Of a stretch of 64,000 nt of DNA, positions 59,565-64,000 are shown piece by piece; the first letter of the stretch is position 1; each line of letters starts with the position of its first letter. The position numbers were made by a program, and so were the translations under genes. This DNA is from an uncultured Anaerolineaceae bacterium (GTDB taxonomy: Bacteria > Chloroflexota > Anaerolineae > Anaerolineales > Anaerolineaceae). The stretch covers positions 8 through 64,007 of the forward strand of contig CAZHMZ010000003.1 of NCBI GenBank assembly GCA_964532655.1. Reading direction: 5' to 3'. A model generated the notes under the pieces. It did not search any database. It saw nothing but the letters and a program-made list of their open reading frames with translations, and was not told the DNA's origin.

Positions 59565-60434
59565 TCAATTATTGCTGGATGACATCTTCCTTCGTGCGTT
59601 CGCCAAATTTTGAACAGAAAGCGGCTGAACATCTACATCGTCCATTTTCAAAAACCGTTTCGTGAAAGAGGTGAAGTTATCAATATCTTCCCCGGTCACT
59701 AAAAAGGTAGTATGTCCTCTTTTCGTTTTGCACGACTCTAATTGATCTTTCCCGTTAAGGTTTTGTATCAAATCCTTCACCACCGCTTCAGCCGGATCAA
59801 TTACCTGAACAGAGGCAGGTAAAACACTGTCGATGATATTTCGTACACAGGGAAAGTCAGTACAACCGAGAATCAGGCAATCAGGGTTCAACTCAACCAG
59901 CGGTTGCCAGGCTTCCTGGGCAAGTCTGGTCAAATGCGGAATGTTATCAATTTTTCCTTTTTCAGCCAGACGAAGCAATTCTGAAGGCGCCACCCCAACA
60001 GCCTGTGCAGTCGGATCCATCTTCTGTAATAATTCGCAATGCGCATTACTGCTAATGGTAATTTCTGTTCCCCATACACCGATATGATGATTTTTTGTTG
60101 ACTCAACTGCTGCTTTTACACCTGCATCCACCATACCAAAAATCGGCGTATCCGGAAAAGCTTTCTGCGCCGCTGCAAGACCCGCAATACTAGCCGTATT
60201 ACAAGCGATAATGATCGCTTTTGCATGGTTGTCGATTAAATATGAACAGATTTCAAGAACATATTCCCTTACGGCTTCGATCGTCTGAGGGCCATAAGGC
60301 TGCCGTTCGGTATCACCCACAAACAGGACATCTTCATTGGGGATATGCCGGTAAACCTCTACCAGAACCGACAAACCACCCAGTCCTGAATCGAAAATCC
60401 CGATGGGCATTGAATTGGTTGCAAATGGTTTCAT
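59565..60434 (-). CDS. murI: Glutamate racemase
   Basis: 289 aa with IGIFDSGLGGLSV and the two catalytic Cys motifs ACNTAS and GCTDFP. Confidence 0.88.
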   Translation of the reverse strand: MKPFATNSMPIGIFDSGLGGLSVLVEVYRHIPNEDVLFVGDTERQPYGPQTIEAVREYVLEICSYLIDNHAKAIIIACNTASIAGLAAAQKAFPDTPIFGMVDAGVKAAVESTKNHHIGVWGTEITISSNAHCELLQKMDPTAQAVGVAPSELLRLAEKGKIDNIPHLTRLAQEAWQPLVELNPDCLILGCTDFPCVRNIIDSVLPASVQVIDPAEAVVKDLIQNLNGKDQLESCKTKRGHTTFLVTGEDIDNFTSFTKRFLKMDDVDVQPLSVQNLANARRKMSSSNN

Positions 60435-60518
60435 TGACGTTTCCTTGGAAAGATTGAACTGCAGGATCTGCAGTGAGACAGGTCGAACTCAGAAGAAACA
60501 GAAGAAAAAGAAATAACA

Positions 60519-60562
60519 TAATCATATAGGATATATTGTATGGCATTTTCGCGAATCTTCAA
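60519..60562 (-). promoter_or_regulatory. Promoter TTGAAG-16-TACAAT of the racemase operon with an abutting operator-like site ATATCCTATATGATTA
   Basis: On the minus strand the -35 is at 60562-60557 and the -10 at 60540-60535. The site at 60534-60519 matches the palindrome 13/16 and lies just downstream of the -10, a similar position to the site at 56237-56252. Confidence 0.5.
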
Positions 60563-60943
60563 GTAGGTCGAGCATGATAAATTCATGCGTTTAGGATGAC
60601 AAAACTCCTCCTGACAATTTTCCTGACAGGTTGCGGATTCGCGATATTTTCAATAATTCGAATATGCTCCTGAAAAAGCCCCAATGAAATGATATTCCGA
60701 GTTGGATATTTGACCTGTTTGTTTTCACAGGTTCAGCCGCGAAAAGAGAACCTGGCAAGAATTCACGTACCCTGCTTATTTACAAAAATGTGATTAATTC
60801 GATCTGTCAAATAAATTTTCAGTCTATAATGTCAATCAGATCCAACGAATGCCAAGAACAGTTCAATAGTGATCCAGGCCTGATCCACAGGATGGATGTA
60901 GCTTTATTGGATTCGGCTGCTTCATTTACGAAATGGTGATGAA

Positions 60944-61726
60944 ATGACCCAAAATCTCCAGGTAATATTCAGATGGGTATATACCCCTCAGGACTTTTTC
61001 GAAGAAAAGGAAACCGTTTTGCTGCCCGATTGCGAGCCTATCATCGAAAACGGTCATGTGGCTGTCATGATGAATCTCGACGAAAGCTCAAACCTTCCTG
61101 AAATTCAGAAAGAAATTGAAGGTCACCTGAAAAGCTTCTTTGAGGGATCATCATTATTTATCAGAAAAAAGTTTCACTTACAACACAACAGAAATGAAAC
61201 GATCTACCCTGATGGCCATAAGAATTTTTCTATACTTCTCGAGGGCTCCTTTACTCCAACGGGCAAACTCAGGGGCATAATGGATCGAGATGGTCGCATC
61301 ATCGCGGATACAAAGCAGGAAATATTAGCTCAACAAAGGGAACTGGCATCCCTTGCAGTCAAATATCGGCAAGATCCTGTAGCTGATAGACTCCTGACCA
61401 GTCATCAAAAAGCCCTGTCCAACCCGGGTACTGAGCTTGTCCATCTATATGAAATTCGGGATGCCCTGTGCAAAAAATTCTCAGGCAAAATATCTGCCTG
61501 CGATTTACTTGGGTTATCAGGAGATAGGTGGGATAGACTTGGAAAGCTGGCCAATTCTTTATCGATTCGTCAGGGCCGGCATACCGGTCAGCATGTTGGC
61601 CAGTTACGCGATGCAACCGACAGCGAACTCGGGGAAGCGAGAGATATTGCAGTTAAGATGGTGGTGGCTTACCTGATGTATCTGGAAAGAACATCAACTC
61701 AGGCGGCGCAAGCCCAAACACCATAA
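60944..61726 (+). CDS. Hypothetical protein, 260 aa (mixed N-terminal part; helical C-terminal part containing RHTGQH)
   Basis: This is a long ORF in a moderately AT-rich region. GGTGA lies 4-5 nt upstream of the ATG. I see no signal peptide, TM segment, P-loop or HTH. Confidence 0.65.
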   Translation: MTQNLQVIFRWVYTPQDFFEEKETVLLPDCEPIIENGHVAVMMNLDESSNLPEIQKEIEGHLKSFFEGSSLFIRKKFHLQHNRNETIYPDGHKNFSILLEGSFTPTGKLRGIMDRDGRIIADTKQEILAQQRELASLAVKYRQDPVADRLLTSHQKALSNPGTELVHLYEIRDALCKKFSGKISACDLLGLSGDRWDRLGKLANSLSIRQGRHTGQHVGQLRDATDSELGEARDIAVKMVVAYLMYLERTSTQAAQAQTP

Positions 61727-61809
61727 CAACTCAGCAGTAGAAATTGAGCACGAGGGTCAGGTCATCAAGCTGATCCGCCAGAAAAATACAAAGGTCAGGT
61801 ATGTGATAC

Positions 61810-62226
61810 ATGTCAATAGAACAAGTCAGCATCAGACAATTCAGAGACGCCATCAAACGTCTACCCGCAGATGAAACAATAGTTGACTCAACCGTCTGGT
61901 ACAGGACCCAGAAAGAACACTGGCTGGGCTGGCTGGCGGGTTATCACACTCCAGGCGGGTATGGTCGAAAAGTATTTACTCGCGATGCGAAATTCGCGTA
62001 TAACCATGTGGTTAACCCTCAATTGCTCATCTATTTGATCCGTGCTATTCCCTTACGACAGGAACTGGTGAAGGCAGCGGAGGAAGCATATGAGAAGGGA
62101 TCATCAATGATGCAACAATCCGGCGCAATTCGAAAAATTGCCCCCTGGGAAGAAATCTATCGGGCGCTGTGGGGAACTGGAAATCCGCCTTTGATCAACC
62201 GATTTTTCAGGAAATCGGCTAAATAA
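61810..62226 (+). CDS. Hypothetical protein, 138 aa
   Basis: ORF with an ATG start and a weak ribosome-binding site. It is Trp/Tyr-rich (WYRTQKEHWLGWLAGYHTPGGYGRK). No family was recognised. Confidence 0.55.
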   Translation: MSIEQVSIRQFRDAIKRLPADETIVDSTVWYRTQKEHWLGWLAGYHTPGGYGRKVFTRDAKFAYNHVVNPQLLIYLIRAIPLRQELVKAAEEAYEKGSSMMQQSGAIRKIAPWEEIYRALWGTGNPPLINRFFRKSAK

Positions 62227-62362
62227 TAAATCTTTCCGGTTTACCGGCACATCCAACTCCAAACCGTTTGCAGGAGCATGGGGTGTGCTGCCATCCACCA
62301 TAATAAATGGAAGGTATCGATGCTCTGTCGTTTTCGATTTTCATATATAAAGGAGAGGAAAA

Positions 62363-62626
62363 GTGGATGAGTTTACTGATGTTGTTGATTCAATCTTAAG
62401 CACTTATAAGGGAAAATGGCCCGGAAACATTATTGACCTGGTTTTCCTGGCCATCGAGAAAAATCCGGTATATCTCAAGCGTTATCACGAGTTTGCAGAC
62501 GGTGACTATTCAACGGTCAATTCAATGATCGGACGATACGTCAAGGATTCCACCGGCATGAGGACTATCAAAGAAGTGGGGAAGGCCCAAAGTAAATTGA
62601 TCAAGAACTATACTCAGCTTGCCTAA
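62363..62626 (+). CDS. Hypothetical protein, 87 aa
   Basis: GTG start 4 nt after a strong AGGAGAGG. No family was recognised. Confidence 0.55.
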   Translation: MDEFTDVVDSILSTYKGKWPGNIIDLVFLAIEKNPVYLKRYHEFADGDYSTVNSMIGRYVKDSTGMRTIKEVGKAQSKLIKNYTQLA

Positions 62627-62673
62627 GTTTCGTGGAAATGCAGTGATTATCCCACTCGCGTGATATAAAGGAA

Positions 62674-63036
62674 ATGATGATGATGGCGTTTCAGCATGCC
62701 AGAGATGTTCTATCAGAGAACCAGGAAGCTATTGTGGTCTTTACTCATGGGCGTCAACTTTCATTTGATTCTCTGGGTAATGGATATACAGGTAACTGGG
62801 TGATTGACCCGGAAATGGCGGAGGAAGTAGACAAAGTCATCATCTATTTACGAATGGAGGATACGAAGAACCACGTTTTCCTCGGCAATTTTGCCGGGAC
62901 TCGATTGTCCAAAGAAGCGGGCCGTCATGTCATTCGATTTACCCGTCTCAAAGAGGTGGGTACAACCCCATCAAACTGGTTGGAGTTTGCCGGTGGCGGA
63001 CAAAATCCGGTCAGTTATGTCATTAGAAAATTCTAA
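62674..63036 (+). CDS. Hypothetical protein, 120 aa
   Basis: An ATG run (MMMM) follows AAGGA, 47 nt after the preceding stop. The predicted protein looks beta-rich. No family was recognised. Confidence 0.6.
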   Translation: MMMMAFQHARDVLSENQEAIVVFTHGRQLSFDSLGNGYTGNWVIDPEMAEEVDKVIIYLRMEDTKNHVFLGNFAGTRLSKEAGRHVIRFTRLKEVGTTPSNWLEFAGGGQNPVSYVIRKF

Positions 63037-63130
63037 TTGGATATTCCGTATAAGCTTTTTCTGTGTGGTTTTGAACGGAAAAATAATCCAATAATGTCAC
63101 AATAAGCTTCGTCTCGAATTTTTTGCCAAA

Positions 63131-63991
63131 TCAATCCGCCAGACGAACAAATTCAAAAGGTGTCTGACAGGGGATTCCATTGGCTACGTACAAGCTGGCC
63201 TGCCCTGGCAGCAGGATCACACATGAGGTTGTGACCGATTGCGCATCAATCTCAGCATGACGGCACACCGCGCTGAGTGGGTCACCATGTGTGCTCATAA
63301 ATTTCTGGCTCCAGGGAATATCCACTTTTCCTTTTGCAGACAGGAGAGACTCTTCTATCATTTTCAGGCGGCCTTGCGTATTTCCCCGTAAATGTGCCGG
63401 TTCCCTGTCTAACCAAAGTTCTTTGGTTTCCGGGGCAGTGAAATGATTGGTACACGCTACAAAACCCTGTGATGATTGTCGCACAGCCTGTACTGAATGG
63501 GCAATCTCAAAGACCGCCATATCTCCCTGTGCATCAACGACCGTAACTGATCCATCTCCAAAATGCGGCCTGCTGGGAAGGTAAGTGACTGCTTCCTTTA
63601 CAGTGGAAAAATTTTGTAAAATGTCCATCATCAGAGAATAACGAGCGATCCCGGGACCGGTATCAGTGGATGAAATGTAAGTATCCACAACGGCCAAACC
63701 AGTATTGTTTATTCCCGAACTAAACACTCCCGGACTTCCTGCACTGGTCAGGCACATGAACGAGTTGCCATGATCCGGATGGATTCGAGCCAGGCATTGC
63801 AGGGGCTGATGATCAGGATGATAATCCCGGTTTTTGACGAGCATGGGTTCGCCATCACGGCTGATCTGCCCATTGACACCCCATGTCGAACATCCTTCCA
63901 CCCCCCTCGCATTATTGAGGCTGCTGGTAAGGTATGATGCAATGGTGTATGTGAGATACTCATCCCACTGTAGATGAAGGGCTTCAGACAT
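63131..63991 (-). CDS. Ntn-hydrolase, peptidase C45 (acyl-CoA:6-APA acyltransferase-like) family candidate
   Basis: 286 aa with a Gly-Cys candidate autoprocessing/nucleophile site (VEGCSTWGV) followed by VKNRDY. This pattern is typical of C45/choloylglycine-type Ntn hydrolases. The assignment rests on motifs only. Confidence 0.55.
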   Translation of the reverse strand: MSEALHLQWDEYLTYTIASYLTSSLNNARGVEGCSTWGVNGQISRDGEPMLVKNRDYHPDHQPLQCLARIHPDHGNSFMCLTSAGSPGVFSSGINNTGLAVVDTYISSTDTGPGIARYSLMMDILQNFSTVKEAVTYLPSRPHFGDGSVTVVDAQGDMAVFEIAHSVQAVRQSSQGFVACTNHFTAPETKELWLDREPAHLRGNTQGRLKMIEESLLSAKGKVDIPWSQKFMSTHGDPLSAVCRHAEIDAQSVTTSCVILLPGQASLYVANGIPCQTPFEFVRLAD

Positions 63992-64000
63992 CCCTGCTAA

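Noticed and set aside
60334-60546. 70-aa minus-strand ORF overlapping the murI start and promoter
   Set aside because: It is out of frame with murI, spans the predicted promoter/operator, and has a low-complexity hydrophobic product. It is probably spurious.

Overview
This 64-kb window is bacterial chromosomal DNA and is densely coding, with about 60 genes. The lipoprotein-type solute-binding proteins (SBPs) with Ala/Glu/Pro/Thr linkers and the overall gene content suggest a monoderm, Chloroflexi/Anaerolineae-like organism. That taxonomic guess is low confidence.

The first ~36.8 kb is GC-rich and mostly housekeeping:
- two family-5 (Dpp/Opp-type) ABC peptide transporters;
- a CIRCE-controlled groES-groEL operon;
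- sdhCDAB followed by an FlK-like thioesterase;
- cdaA-cdaR-der, lepB, coaE, rsmA and tRNA-Phe(GAA);
- a Ser/Thr kinase with a TolB-like propeller, and two tandem TPR paralogues;
- a Tat-exported flavoprotein with a penta-haem NapC/NirT-type cytochrome c and tatA.

At ~36.85 kb, directly after a terminator, the composition drops abruptly. It is clearly AT-richer at 37-50 kb and intermediate after that (eyeball estimate only). From there a ~23-kb block lies entirely on the minus strand and looks like one catabolic island. In transcription order it contains:
- glutamate racemase, RidA and an M17 aminopeptidase;
- a GntR/FadR-type regulator;
- an aminotransferase;
- a four-subunit 2-oxoacid:ferredoxin oxidoreductase (OFOR) with sucCD-like genes nested inside the subunit set;
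- an ABC importer with two paralogous SBPs;
- an amidohydrolase-formamidase-amidohydrolase-M20 peptidase set.

A 16-bp perfect palindrome, ATATCCTATAGGATAT, and two related copies sit in the three promoter regions of this island. I read them as a candidate GntR operator.

The least explainable element is a set of four co-oriented plus-strand orphan genes (260, 138, 87 and 120 aa) at 60.9-63.0 kb, set against the surrounding gene orientation. I could not assign any of the four products to a known family. The first carries an RHTGQH string that fits the minimal HEPN Rx4-6H motif.

No CRISPR array, rRNA, transposase or integrase was seen. The ORF track uses GTG/TTG starts translated as M and over-extends several ORFs. 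I shortened those where a ribosome-binding site or signal peptide supported an internal start.
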